A stretch of DNA of 61,442 nucleotides, filler included. It is 3 parts of 3 records of this genome, joined end to end, with 100 filler letters (N's around TTAATTAATTAA, not from the genome) between each part and the next. Parts side by side here need not be neighbours in the genome. Positions count along the whole stretch, not along the records: positions 1 to 24,520 come from SRR2962707_5494; 2 more parts are not named here. One strand, written 5' to 3'. How positions within the stretch are numbered: position 1 is the first letter of the stretch; the number at the start of each line of letters is the position of its first letter. The notes under the pieces are model-generated. The model saw nothing but the letters and a program-made list of their open reading frames with translations. It did not search any database and was not told the DNA's origin. Positions 8,425-18,750 of this stretch are shown one piece after another. Made by a program: the position numbers and the translations under genes.

Positions 8425-10692
8425 ATGGACTGGATTGGCACGAGACAAAAATATCTGACCCGACCGATATTCGCGTGGGCGAACAAGGCCTTGCCCAGCA
8501 TGTCGGACACGGAGCGAGAGGCGCTGGAGGCGGGTGATGTCTGGCTCGACGCGGAGCTTTTCACCGGCAATCCCGACTGGCAGCAGCTTCTCGATACGCC
8601 ACGCCCTGAGCTCACCGCCGAAGAGCAGGCCTTCATGGACGGGCCGGTCGAAGAGCTTTGCGGCATGATCGACGACTGGAAGATCACTTGGGAAGACGGT
8701 GATCTTCCGCCGGAGGCTTGGGACTTCATCCGGCAGAACCGTTTCTTCGGCATGATCATCCCGAAGAAGTATGGCGGTCTCGAATTCTCCGCCTTCGCCC
8801 ATTCGGAAGTGATCCGCAAGATTTCCAGCCGCTCGGCGACTGCCGCCGTGACGGTCATGGTGCCGAACTCGCTCGGGCCCGGCGAATTGCTGCTGCAATT
8901 CGGCACGGAGGAGCAGCGCGAATACTGGTTGCCGAAGCTCGCGCGCGGCGAGGAGATACCCTGTTTCGGCCTGACGAGCCCGGAGGCCGGATCGGACGCC
9001 GCCTCCATGATCGACGACGGCGTCATCTGCCGCGACACGTTCAACGGCGAAGAAGTTCTCGGTATCCGCCTCAACTGGCGCAAGCGCTACATCACCCTCG
9101 CGCCCGTCGCCACCGTTCTCGGGCTGGCCTTCAAGCTTCGCGATCCCGACAAGCTTCTCGGCGAGACGGAAGACTATGGCATCACGGTTGCGCTCGTGCC
9201 GGCGAACCTTCCCGGCGTCACGATCGGGCGGCGGCACCTCCCCTCTTTCCAGATGTTCCAGAACGGTCCCATCGAAGGCAAGGACGTCTTCATTCCCCTT
9301 GACCATGTGATCGGCGGCAAGGACCAGGCGGGCCAGGGCTGGAAGATGTTGATGAGCGCGCTTGCGGCGGGACGCGGCATTTCTCTGCCGTCGCTTTCCG
9401 CTGCTGCGGCCGCTTTCTCCGCACGCACGTCCGGCGCCTATGCACGGGTGCGCGAGCAGTTCAATCTGCCGGTCGGCAAGTTCGAAGGTGTGCAGGCGCG
9501 GCTCGGACAGATCGCGGGGACGGCTTACCTTCTCGATGCGGCGCGGCGGCTTACCTGCGCCGGGCTCGACAGCGGCCGCAAGCTCGCCGTCATCTCCGCC
9601 ATCATGAAGGCGCAAGCGACGAACCGCATGCGGCTGGCCGTCAACGACGCGATGGACATTCATGCGGGCAAGGCTGTGATCGACGGGCCGTCGAACTATC
9701 TTGGCAATCTCTATCGTGCGCTTCCCGTCGGCATCACGGTCGAGGGCGCGAACATATTGACGCGCAACCTGATCATTTTCGGCCAAGGCGCGATCCGCAG
9801 CCATCCCTACCTGCTGAAAGAAATGGAAGCACTGCAGGAGACGGATCGCGAGACGGCACTGCAGAAATTCGACGAAGCTTTCTGGCGCCATGTCGGACAC
9901 GGCTTCAAGACGCTCGGTCGCGCCTGGGGACGCAACTGGACCGGCGGGCTCTTCGCACCCGCGCCGAAGGTCGGCAAGGCAAGCCGCCATTACCGGCAAT
10001 TGTCGCGCCGCGCCGCGGGCTTCGCGCTCACCGCCGATTTTGCGCTTCTGACGCTTGGCGGCGCCCTGAAGCGCAAGGAGATGCTCTCCGCGCGCCTCGG
10101 CGACATTCTCTCCGAACTCTATCTGCTTTCGGCGGCGCTGAAGCGCTGGGAGGATGAAGGCCGGAAAGCCGAGGATCTGCCTCTTCTCGACTGGTGCATG
10201 GAGAACGGACTTTCCTCCATCGACCGCAGCTTCGAGGAAGTATTTGCAAACCTGCCCAACCGTTTTTTCGCCGCGCTTGCCCGGTTCATCATCCAGCCTC
10301 TCGGGGCCGGCCGTCACGGCGTGAAGGACAAGCTCACCATGCAATGCGCCGAGCTTCTGCTCGCGCCGTCGGAAACCCGCGACCGGTTGACATCGGGCCT
10401 CTATCTCGGCAGCGGCGAGGACGCCGTGGCGACGCTTGAGCAAGCCTTTACCCTCTCTGTTCTGACCGAAAGAGCGAGGGAGAAGATGCGCAAGGCGGGT
10501 ATTGATGCGCCCGAAGCCGCCGTTGCAAATGGCGACATCACAAGTGAGGAAGCCGCACAGATATCGGCGTTCCGCGAGGTGCTGGCGCGCGTCATCGCGG
10601 TCGACGATTTTGCCTCCGAAGACCTCGCGCTACACCCGGCGCAGCAGGGCGCAGAGGCGGGAACCCCCTCGGCACGTGCCGCGACTGCGTGA
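8425..10692 (+). CDS. fadE: Acyl-CoA dehydrogenase, FadE type
   Basis: VMVPNSLGPGELL, CFGLTSPEAGSDA and ITVEGANILTR motifs plus the long FadE C-terminal domain. Start could be 8401 or 8425. Confidence 0.9.
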   Translation: MDWIGTRQKYLTRPIFAWANKALPSMSDTEREALEAGDVWLDAELFTGNPDWQQLLDTPRPELTAEEQAFMDGPVEELCGMIDDWKITWEDGDLPPEAWDFIRQNRFFGMIIPKKYGGLEFSAFAHSEVIRKISSRSATAAVTVMVPNSLGPGELLLQFGTEEQREYWLPKLARGEEIPCFGLTSPEAGSDAASMIDDGVICRDTFNGEEVLGIRLNWRKRYITLAPVATVLGLAFKLRDPDKLLGETEDYGITVALVPANLPGVTIGRRHLPSFQMFQNGPIEGKDVFIPLDHVIGGKDQAGQGWKMLMSALAAGRGISLPSLSAAAAAFSARTSGAYARVREQFNLPVGKFEGVQARLGQIAGTAYLLDAARRLTCAGLDSGRKLAVISAIMKAQATNRMRLAVNDAMDIHAGKAVIDGPSNYLGNLYRALPVGITVEGANILTRNLIIFGQGAIRSHPYLLKEMEALQETDRETALQKFDEAFWRHVGHGFKTLGRAWGRNWTGGLFAPAPKVGKASRHYRQLSRRAAGFALTADFALLTLGGALKRKEMLSARLGDILSELYLLSAALKRWEDEGRKAEDLPLLDWCMENGLSSIDRSFEEVFANLPNRFFAALARFIIQPLGAGRHGVKDKLTMQCAELLLAPSETRDRLTSGLYLGSGEDAVATLEQAFTLSVLTERAREKMRKAGIDAPEAAVANGDITSEEAAQISAFREVLARVIAVDDFASEDLALHPAQQGAEAGTPSARAATA

Positions 10693-10775
10693 AGAACGAG
10701 AGAGCGGCGAGCCCGCAAGCTGATATCATGCGGTGAGAATCGGCGAGCGTTCTTCACAACAAGGTGCATCGCGGC

Positions 10776-12617
10776 TTGTCTTCCACGCAGCAAACTTTCA
10801 CCGACGCTCAGGCAATCGCGGACGCGATCATTTCGCGCGTCGGCAAGCGGATCGTTCTCGCGCTGCCGCTGGGGCTCGGCAAACCGAACCACCTCACCAA
10901 CGCGCTTGTCGCCCGCGCGGTCGCCGACCCCTCGATCTCACTCCATATCTTCACGGCGCTCACGCTGGAGGTGCCGCACGCATCGAACGAACTCGAACGT
11001 CGCTTCATGGGGCCGATCTTCAAGAGGCTGTTCGATGGCTATCCCGAACTCAGCTATGCGCGCGAGCTTCACAAAGGAACGCTGCCGGACAACATCCAGG
11101 TCAACGAGTTCTTCATGCAGGCGGGCAAGTGGCTCAACTCGCCCCGTCAGCAGCAGAACTACATCTCCGCGAACTACACCCATGCCCTGCGCTACGTTCT
11201 CCAGACGAACGTCAATGTCGTTGGCCAGCTCGTAGCTCCCTCAGAAGCGCGCGACCGCTTCAGCCTGAGCTGCAACCCGGACATCACCTTCGATCTTCTC
11301 GAAGCGCGACGGCAGGGACGCGCCGATTTCATCTTCGCGGGCGAGACCAATTTCGACCTGCCCTATATGGGCGGCGACGCTGAAGTTCGCGCGGAGGAAT
11401 TCGACCTCCTTCTCGACAGCCCGGAACTTCAGTTCCCTCTGTTCGCGCCGCCGCGCGAACCGGTGACGCCTGCCGACTATGCCATAGGGCACCATGTGGC
11501 GAGCCTCGTGCCCGATGGCGGCACACTTCAGATTGGCATCGGGTCAATCGGCGATGCGGTGGGGCAATCTCTGGTCTTGCGTCATCGCGACAACGCCGCC
11601 TTCAGGCAGACGCTCGAAAATCTCGATTGCATCGGTACCGAGCGAGGGCACTTCGATCAGGGCCTCTATGGTGCAAGCGAAATGCTGGTCGAGTGCTTCA
11701 TCGATCTCATCGAGGCGGGCGTCGTGAAGCGCGAGGTGGACGGGATCCTGGTGCATGGCGGTTTCTTTCTCGGCTCGGGCGCTTTCTATCGCAAGTTGTG
11801 CGAGATGACCCCTGCGGAGCGCGCGAAAATCGCGATGGTCCCGGTCTCGTTCGTGAACGACCTGCACGGCGAGGAGGAGCGCAAGCGGGCGGCGAGAAAA
11901 GACGCGCGCTTCGTCAACACCGCGATGATGGCGACGCTGACGGGTGCCGTGATTTCGGACGGGCTCGAAGATGGACGCGTCGTGAGCGGTGTCGGAGGAC
12001 AGTATAATTTCGTGGCGCAGGCCTTTGCCCTTGAGGATGCGCGCTCCGTGATCACCCTGCGCGCGACGCGAAGCAAGGACGGGACGACTGTTTCCAACAT
12101 CGTCTGGTCCTATGGCCACACTACGATACCGCGTCATCTTCGTGATATCGTGGTAACGGAATATGGCGTTGCGGACCTGCGTGGAAAGACGGATGGCGAG
12201 GTTGTCGCGGCCATGCTCTCCGTCGCCGATTCACGGTTTCAGGACGCCTTGCTCGCGCAGGCGAAGAAGGCAGGCAAGATCGCGGAGACTTACGAGATAC
12301 CGAAACGGCACCGCGACAACACACCCGACCGCATCGAAGAAGGATTGGCGGGTGCGCGGAAGCAAGGCCTGCTCCCGCTCTTCCCCTTCGGCAGCGACTT
12401 CACGGAGACCGAGCAAAAGCTGATGCCGGCGCTCGGCAAGTTGAGGGGCGCGGGCCGCGGCGAGTTGCTGCAATTTGCTCTGCGCGGCGGCCCGGAAACG
12501 GACGATGCAAAAATCTGCCTCGCACGGATGGGGCTGGCTCATCCTTCAAGCTTGAAGGAGCGCCTCTATCGCCGCCTGATCCTTGCCGCAATGACCTCCC
12601 CGGCGAATAAGTCCTGA
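10776..12617 (+). CDS. Acetyl-CoA hydrolase/transferase family protein
   Basis: GGTLQIGIGSIGD, SGVGGQYNFV and IVVTEYGVADLRGK motifs. Start uncertain (10764 GTG or 10776 TTG). Confidence 0.85.
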   Translation: MSSTQQTFTDAQAIADAIISRVGKRIVLALPLGLGKPNHLTNALVARAVADPSISLHIFTALTLEVPHASNELERRFMGPIFKRLFDGYPELSYARELHKGTLPDNIQVNEFFMQAGKWLNSPRQQQNYISANYTHALRYVLQTNVNVVGQLVAPSEARDRFSLSCNPDITFDLLEARRQGRADFIFAGETNFDLPYMGGDAEVRAEEFDLLLDSPELQFPLFAPPREPVTPADYAIGHHVASLVPDGGTLQIGIGSIGDAVGQSLVLRHRDNAAFRQTLENLDCIGTERGHFDQGLYGASEMLVECFIDLIEAGVVKREVDGILVHGGFFLGSGAFYRKLCEMTPAERAKIAMVPVSFVNDLHGEEERKRAARKDARFVNTAMMATLTGAVISDGLEDGRVVSGVGGQYNFVAQAFALEDARSVITLRATRSKDGTTVSNIVWSYGHTTIPRHLRDIVVTEYGVADLRGKTDGEVVAAMLSVADSRFQDALLAQAKKAGKIAETYEIPKRHRDNTPDRIEEGLAGARKQGLLPLFPFGSDFTETEQKLMPALGKLRGAGRGELLQFALRGGPETDDAKICLARMGLAHPSSLKERLYRRLILAAMTSPANKS

Positions 12618-12839
12618 TCAGGTCTTGATTGCGGTCCTTCCCACTCCCCGTCTGGCGGAGCAGTGAGAGGGAGGGAGGACCCGCCGAAGCGCATTCATAA
12701 ATTTTCCATAACACATCGTCACGCAACCGTTGCTGGACCGTTGCCCGTCCAGGTGTCGCCGTTATGCCGCAGTGCGGAAAAACACACCTGTGAACGCGGA
12801 AAATCGGGTGTTCGCCCTTGGAATCGCCGTCTCACACTC

Positions 12840-12870
12840 ATATATAGCGCCGATATATCGATCCAATATA
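12840..12870. promoter_or_regulatory. Two overlapping palindromic operators, probably PadR autoregulatory sites
   Basis: TATATAGCGCCGATATA and TATATCGATCCAATATA, both TATAT-N7-ATATA, in AT-rich DNA about 45 bp upstream of the PadR gene. Confidence 0.5.
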
Positions 12871-12915
12871 AGGCCGATGTCCGGTTTCCCGGATTGACGC
12901 AGGGATATCCTATCG

Positions 12916-13449
12916 ATGCATGTGACAACGCTTTGTCTGGGCGCTCTCGTCTTTGGCGATGCCACCGGCTATGAAATTAACAAGATGTTTGAGGATGGCC
13001 CTTTCAGCCATTTCCTCGACGCGAGCTATGGCTCCATCTACCCGGCGCTGACGCGGTTGACCGAAGAAGGTCTCGTCACCTGCAAGGCGGAACCGCAGGA
13101 GCGGCGGCCGGACAAGAAAATCTACTCACTGACGGAGAAGGGCCGCGAGCAGTTAAGCGATGCGCTTGGGCGGCAAATTGCGCCCGACAAATTCCGCTCC
13201 GAATTCCTGTTCACCGTCCTTTTCGCTCATCTGCTTCCACGCAGCCGCGTGCGCGCGCTTGTCGATCAGCGGCTCGCCGCCATGAAGGAAAAGGCGGGGC
13301 AACTCTCCGAACCGGATGACGACGACACGCCCGGCATGGATTTCGCGCGGCAGTACGGACATGCCGTCTTTACGGCCTCAATCGACTTTCTGGAACGCAA
13401 CCGGCACCTGATCGAAGAAATCGCAACTGAAGAAAAAGCACATGTTTGA
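12916..13449 (+). CDS. PadR family transcriptional regulator
   Basis: TGYEI, SYGSIYPALTRL and KKIYSLTEKG winged-helix motifs plus C-terminal helical domain. Confidence 0.92.
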   Translation: MHVTTLCLGALVFGDATGYEINKMFEDGPFSHFLDASYGSIYPALTRLTEEGLVTCKAEPQERRPDKKIYSLTEKGREQLSDALGRQIAPDKFRSEFLFTVLFAHLLPRSRVRALVDQRLAAMKEKAGQLSEPDDDDTPGMDFARQYGHAVFTASIDFLERNRHLIEEIATEEKAHV

Positions 13450-14578
13450 ACGTCAGAAGAATTTCATGACACGAACGACCGGCGGACGGCTTCATCGTTC
13501 CCACTACATCGCGATCGGCATTGCTGTTGCGATCGGGCTCTGGTTCATGACCGGAATATTCAGCGGCGGGGACGGCAATGGCAACGGCCTCACCGCGGCG
13601 GAGGCGGACGCCGCCAACAACACTGCAACCCGCGTGCGCGTGACGGAGTCGACCGCGGCGATGCGCCGGAGCTTCGTCACCATTCGGGGGCGGACCGAGG
13701 CCAAGCGGGCCGTCGAAGTGCGCGCGGAGACGCAGGGCACGGTTACCGAGCTGCCGGTCGAAAAGGGCGAGCGCGTGAAAGAGGGCGATGTTCTCTGCCG
13801 CCTCAAGCTCGATGCACGCGACGCTCAACTCGCGGAAGCCAAGGCCCTCGTGAAGCAACGGCAGCTTGAGCACGATGCCTCGCGCCAGCTTGCCGAAAAG
13901 GGCTGGCGGGCACCGACAGTTGCCGCCGGTTCCAAGGCCGCCTACGACGCCGCGCAGGCGCGTCTCAAGCAGATGGAAATCGAGGTCGGACAGACGAAAA
14001 TTCTTGCTCCCTTCGACGGTGTATTCGACGCGCGACCGGTCGACGTCGGCGACTATATGCGCGTTGGCGATGTCTGCGGGCTCGTCGTCGAGCTTGATCC
14101 TCTCCTCGTCGCGGGACAGATCTCCGAAGATCGCGTTGGCGCGCTCAGCATCGGTACGCCCGGCAAGGCTCGCCTCGTTACCGGCGAAACGGTGGACGGA
14201 AAGATCCACTTCGTCGCCAAGACGGCCGAAGCCGCGACACGTACTTTCCGGGTCGAACTCGAAGTTCCCAACAAGGACTTTGCTATCCGTGCCGGCATCA
14301 CAGCGGAAATCATCGTTCCCGGCACAGAAGTTCTTGCGCACCGGATACCGAGCGGCGTGATCGCGCTCAACGACAGCGGTGTTGTCGGCGTGCGCACCGT
14401 GACCGAAGACGGACGCGTCGCCTTTAACGAAATCCGGCTCATCGACGACACCCCGGAAGGCTTGTGGGTTGCGGGCCTGCCGCAGACTGTGACGCTCATC
14501 ACCGTCGGACAGGACTATGTGACCGAAGGCCAGAAGGTCGAGGCAGTACAAGCCAACAAGGTTGGAGCGGCGCTGTGA
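13442..14578 (+). CDS. RND efflux periplasmic adaptor (MFP)
   Basis: N-terminal TM anchor, ILAPFDGV motif; overlaps the padR stop. Confidence 0.9.
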   Translation: MFERQKNFMTRTTGGRLHRSHYIAIGIAVAIGLWFMTGIFSGGDGNGNGLTAAEADAANNTATRVRVTESTAAMRRSFVTIRGRTEAKRAVEVRAETQGTVTELPVEKGERVKEGDVLCRLKLDARDAQLAEAKALVKQRQLEHDASRQLAEKGWRAPTVAAGSKAAYDAAQARLKQMEIEVGQTKILAPFDGVFDARPVDVGDYMRVGDVCGLVVELDPLLVAGQISEDRVGALSIGTPGKARLVTGETVDGKIHFVAKTAEAATRTFRVELEVPNKDFAIRAGITAEIIVPGTEVLAHRIPSGVIALNDSGVVGVRTVTEDGRVAFNEIRLIDDTPEGLWVAGLPQTVTLITVGQDYVTEGQKVEAVQANKVGAAL

Positions 14579-17500
14579 CATCCGCCATCGAAGCAATTCT
14601 CGGACGCACCCGCACCGTCATGACCACGATGGTGCTGCTGGTCGCTGCCGGCATCATTTCCTTTATCTCCATCCCGAAGGAAGCCGATCCCGATATTCCG
14701 ATCCCGATCTTCTACGTCTCCATCCTGCATCATGGCATCTCCCCGGAAGATGCGGAGCGGCTGCTTATTCGCCCCATGGAAACGGAACTGCGTTCGCTGG
14801 AGGGGCTGGAGGAAATCACGGCCATCGCCTCACAAGGCCACGCGGGTATTCTGCTCGAGTTCGACGTGAACTTCGACAAGGACGCCGCGCTTCAGGATGT
14901 ACGCGAGAAAGTCGACATGGCGCGGGCGGAGCTTCCGGGCGACACGGAAGAGCCGACCATTCGGGAGTTCAATACATCCCTGTTCCCGGTCCTGATCGTC
15001 ACATTGTCGGGCGACGTTCCCGAGCGCGCGTTATACAACGCGGCGCAGAGCCTGAAGGACGAAATCGAGGCAATACCGACCGTGCTCCAGGCCGAACTCG
15101 TGGGGCACCGCGAGGAACTGCTGGAGGTCGTGATCGATCCGGCGAAGCTCGAATCCTACAACATCTCGCAAAGCGAACTCATCAACGTCGTGTCGCTGAA
15201 CAACCGTCTGGTCGCGGCCGGTAACATTGACACCGGGCAGGGCCGCTTTTCGGTCAAGGTGCCGGGCCTGTTCGAAGCACGCGAGGACGTCCTCAACCTG
15301 CCGATCAAGACTTCCGGGGAAGGCGTCGTCAAGCTCTCGGACGTCGCCGACATTCGCCGTACCTTCAAGGATGCGGACGGGTATGCCCGTTTCAACGGGC
15401 ATCAGGCCATTGCGATTGAAATCACCAAGCGCATCGGCACCAACATCATCGACAACAATGTGCAGGTCCGGCAAGCCGTCGACGGCTTTACCAAGAACTG
15501 GCCAGACGCGATCCACGTAAACTACACACTCGATGCCTCGGACTGGATTTACCGCTCGCTCGGATCGCTGCAATCGTCCATCGCGACCGCGATCGTGCTG
15601 GTCATGATCGTCGTGGTCGCGGCGCTTGGCCTGCGGTCAGCCATGCTGGTCGGCATCGCCATTCCGACGTCGTTCATGATCGGTTTCTTCTTTCTTGCCT
15701 CGGCCGGCTACACCGTCAACATGATGGTCATGTTCGGCATGCTGCTCGCAGTCGGCATGCTGGTCGACGGGGCCATTGTCGTCGTCGAATATGCCGACCG
15801 GAAGATGTCCGAGGGTCTCGACAAGCGCGAAGCCTATGCGCTTGCCTCGAAGCGCATGTTCTGGCCCGTGACCTCGTCGACCGCGACCACGCTGGCTGCG
15901 TTCCTGCCAATGCTTCTGTGGCCGGGTGTTTCCGGCAAGTTCATGAGCTACCTGCCAATCACGCTCATCGTCGTTCTGTCGGCGTCTCTCATCACCGCGC
16001 TCATTTTCGTTCCCACCATCGGCACGCTTTTTGGCAAGGCTGAAACGGAGAATGACGATGTGCTGAAGCAGCTCGCGGGCGCGGAGACAGGCGACATTCG
16101 CAACCTGCCAGGTATTACCGGCTCCTATGTGCGCATGCTCGACCGGCTTATCCACTATCCAGGTCGCGTGATGGCAGCAACCGGTGTCGTGGTCGTGGCC
16201 ACGATCTGGATTTTCACTCTCTTCAACAACGGCGTCGAGTTCTTCGTCGACACTGAGCCGGAGCGCGCCATCGTTCTCATCAGTGCCCGCGGCAATCTTT
16301 CCGCCGATGACACGATCGCGCTCGCGCGCGATGTCGAGGAGATCGCGCTCAACACCGACGGGGTGAAGACCGTCTTCACCCGAACCGCACCGGGGCTGAG
16401 CCAGGGTCAGGGCGGCGGCGACGACGTCCCGAACGATCTCGTTGGGCGGATGCTTATCGAGTTCAAACCCTATGAAGAGCGGCGCAAGGGCGCTGTCATC
16501 CTGGAAGAGATACGTCAAAAGGCAGGCGAGATCGCCGGTATCAGAGTCGAGGTCCGCAAGCAGGAAGACGGCCCTCCCACCGGCAAGGACATTCAGATCG
16601 AGCTCACCTCCACCAACTATCAGAAGCTGCTGGAGACAACGAACCGCATACGGGCGCATCTCGACACCGAGGTGGACGGACTCATCAATATCGAGGATGG
16701 ACGGCCGCTGCCGGGTATCGAATGGGTAATGACGGTCGACCGTGAAATGGCAGGCCGCTTCGGTGCGGACGTCACCTCTGTCGGTTCCGTCATCCAGCTC
16801 GTCACGAACGGCATTCTGATCGGCGAATACCGGCCTGACGATGCGCGAGACGAAGTCGATATCCGGGCGCGCTTCCCGGACAGTTACCGTGTGCTCGACC
16901 AGCTCGATCAACTGCGTGTCCAGACGCCGCAGGGCCTTGTCCCGATTTCAAACTTCGTCAATCGCGAAGCGGAGCCGCAAGTCAGCTCCATCGAGCGGAT
17001 CAACGGTTATCGGCGCATTATGATCAAGGCGAATACGGCTATCGATCCCCAGACGGGGGAGAAGCTGAATGTCGATGCCAAAGTAAACGAGATCGTCACA
17101 TGGCTCGAAACCCAGAATCTCGACCCTGCGGTGAGGGTCAAATTCCGCGGCGCGAGCGAGGAACAGGAGGAGTCCGCTTCCTTCCTGGGGGGCGCGCTGA
17201 TCGGTGCCCTGTTCCTGATGTTCATCATCCTCTTGACGCAGTTCAACAGTTTCTATCACTCGATACTGACCCTCTCGACGGTCATCCTGTCGACGCTCGG
17301 TGCGTTGATCGGCATGGTCGTCACGGGTCAGCCGTTCTCGGTCATCATGACGGGGACGGGCATCGTCGCGCTGGCAGGGATCGTCGTGAACAACTCGATC
17401 GTTCTGATCGACACCTATCAGCGGCTTCGTGAGGACGCGATGGATGTCGTCGAGGCGGTCCTCCGAACAGCGGGCCAGCGTCTGCGGCCGATCATGCTGA

Positions 17501-17778
17501 CGACGATCACCACCATGTTCGGCCTGCTGCCTATGGCGTTGCAGATCAATCTGGATTTCGTCGGACGCGAGATCGTGGTCGGCGGGCCGGTTTCGGTCTG
17601 GTGGGTCCAGCTTTCGACCGCGATCATCTTCGGTCTCGGCTTCTCCACGCTGTTGACGCTGATACTCGTCCCGGTGCTCCTCGCCGCGCCGACCGTGATA
17701 CGGACAAAGCGTGCCGCCCGGCGCAGCCGCAGGGCAGACTGGGACGAAACCTCGGAGGCGCGGCGCGCCGCCGAATAG
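14575..17778 (+). CDS. RND efflux permease (AcrB family)
   Basis: GMLVDGAIVVVE, GIVVNNSIVLID and RLRPIMLT motifs; GTG start in a GTGA overlap with the MFP stop. Confidence 0.93.
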   Translation: MTSAIEAILGRTRTVMTTMVLLVAAGIISFISIPKEADPDIPIPIFYVSILHHGISPEDAERLLIRPMETELRSLEGLEEITAIASQGHAGILLEFDVNFDKDAALQDVREKVDMARAELPGDTEEPTIREFNTSLFPVLIVTLSGDVPERALYNAAQSLKDEIEAIPTVLQAELVGHREELLEVVIDPAKLESYNISQSELINVVSLNNRLVAAGNIDTGQGRFSVKVPGLFEAREDVLNLPIKTSGEGVVKLSDVADIRRTFKDADGYARFNGHQAIAIEITKRIGTNIIDNNVQVRQAVDGFTKNWPDAIHVNYTLDASDWIYRSLGSLQSSIATAIVLVMIVVVAALGLRSAMLVGIAIPTSFMIGFFFLASAGYTVNMMVMFGMLLAVGMLVDGAIVVVEYADRKMSEGLDKREAYALASKRMFWPVTSSTATTLAAFLPMLLWPGVSGKFMSYLPITLIVVLSASLITALIFVPTIGTLFGKAETENDDVLKQLAGAETGDIRNLPGITGSYVRMLDRLIHYPGRVMAATGVVVVATIWIFTLFNNGVEFFVDTEPERAIVLISARGNLSADDTIALARDVEEIALNTDGVKTVFTRTAPGLSQGQGGGDDVPNDLVGRMLIEFKPYEERRKGAVILEEIRQKAGEIAGIRVEVRKQEDGPPTGKDIQIELTSTNYQKLLETTNRIRAHLDTEVDGLINIEDGRPLPGIEWVMTVDREMAGRFGADVTSVGSVIQLVTNGILIGEYRPDDARDEVDIRARFPDSYRVLDQLDQLRVQTPQGLVPISNFVNREAEPQVSSIERINGYRRIMIKANTAIDPQTGEKLNVDAKVNEIVTWLETQNLDPAVRVKFRGASEEQEESASFLGGALIGALFLMFIILLTQFNSFYHSILTLSTVILSTLGALIGMVVTGQPFSVIMTGTGIVALAGIVVNNSIVLIDTYQRLREDAMDVVEAVLRTAGQRLRPIMLTTITTMFGLLPMALQINLDFVGREIVVGGPVSVWWVQLSTAIIFGLGFSTLLTLILVPVLLAAPTVIRTKRAARRSRRADWDETSEARRAAE

Positions 17779-17785
17779 GCCTTCG

Positions 17786-18643
17786 TCAGGCTTCGTCCGC
17801 AACAGGATTGGAAAGCAGGCCGACACCTTCGATTTCGACTTCGATCGTGTCGCCTGCCTTCATCCATAGCGGCGGAGTGCGCGCAAAGCCGACCCCCGCC
17901 GGCGTTCCCATCACCAGCACGTCTCCCGGTTCCAGCGTCATGCACTGCGCAAGCAGCATGATGGTTTCATCAACCGGAAAGATCATGTCGCATGTATTCG
18001 CGCTCTGCATGACAGTGCCGTTGAGGCGCGACTCGATTTTCAGTCCCACAGCGCCCGGCGGCAATTCGTCGGCGGTCACGAAGGCCGGGCCGAACGGGCC
18101 GGTTGTGTCGAAGTTCTTGCCGATGGTCCATTGCGGCGTGCGGCGCTGGTAGTCGCGAACCGACACGTCGTTGAAGCACGCATAACCCGCGACATGGGAA
18201 AGCGCATCTCCCTTTGCGATGTGGCGCGGGACAGTGCGCCCGATGACGGCGGCGAGTTCCGCCTCGAAGTCGAGCTGTTCCGATATGCGCGGCCTCAGGA
18301 TCGCCGCTCCATGGCCGATGAGCGTGGTCGCACCGCGCATGAAGAAATTGGGATAGTCGGGTTTTTCCCGGCCACCCTCGGCAGCGTGCTCGGCGTAGTT
18401 GAGCCCCAGACAGATGATCTTGCCGGGACGGGGGATGACGGGGAGAAGTTTCGTCTCGGCCAGTGTCCGTCGCGGTGCCGAGGAAGAAGCGTTCTGCGCC
18501 GCAGCAAACGCGGGTTCACCTGCCTGCAACATACCGAACATGGTATCGGGCAGCCCGGCAACGCCCGACAGATCGGCGATTTCCTCGCCGAGGACGCATC
18601 CGAGCTTCGCGGTTCCCTGATCGATGAAGGTAATGAAACGCAT
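17786..18643 (-). CDS. Fumarylacetoacetate hydrolase family protein
   Basis: KIICLGLNYAEH, DFEAELA, NDVSVRD, GKNFD and GTPAGVG motifs. Confidence 0.92.
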   Translation of the reverse strand: MRFITFIDQGTAKLGCVLGEEIADLSGVAGLPDTMFGMLQAGEPAFAAAQNASSSAPRRTLAETKLLPVIPRPGKIICLGLNYAEHAAEGGREKPDYPNFFMRGATTLIGHGAAILRPRISEQLDFEAELAAVIGRTVPRHIAKGDALSHVAGYACFNDVSVRDYQRRTPQWTIGKNFDTTGPFGPAFVTADELPPGAVGLKIESRLNGTVMQSANTCDMIFPVDETIMLLAQCMTLEPGDVLVMGTPAGVGFARTPPLWMKAGDTIEVEIEGVGLLSNPVADEA

Positions 18644-18750
18644 TCAATCCTCTCCCGTTGTTCTGTTCTCCGGCCCTCCGCTCAATCGCGCATTTTGCCA
18701 GCCGCCCGGGCACGCTACACTGAAGAAAACAAAACCCGGGAGGAAGAACA

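Noticed and set aside
7720-10443. 907-aa minus-strand ORF
   Set aside because: Antisense shadow of the RND pump and fadE in high-GC DNA; no recognisable motifs.
12618-12835. Long intergenic stretch with a hairpin near 12636-12675 as a possible sRNA
   Set aside because: Only an imperfect terminator-like stem; no recognisable RNA family features.
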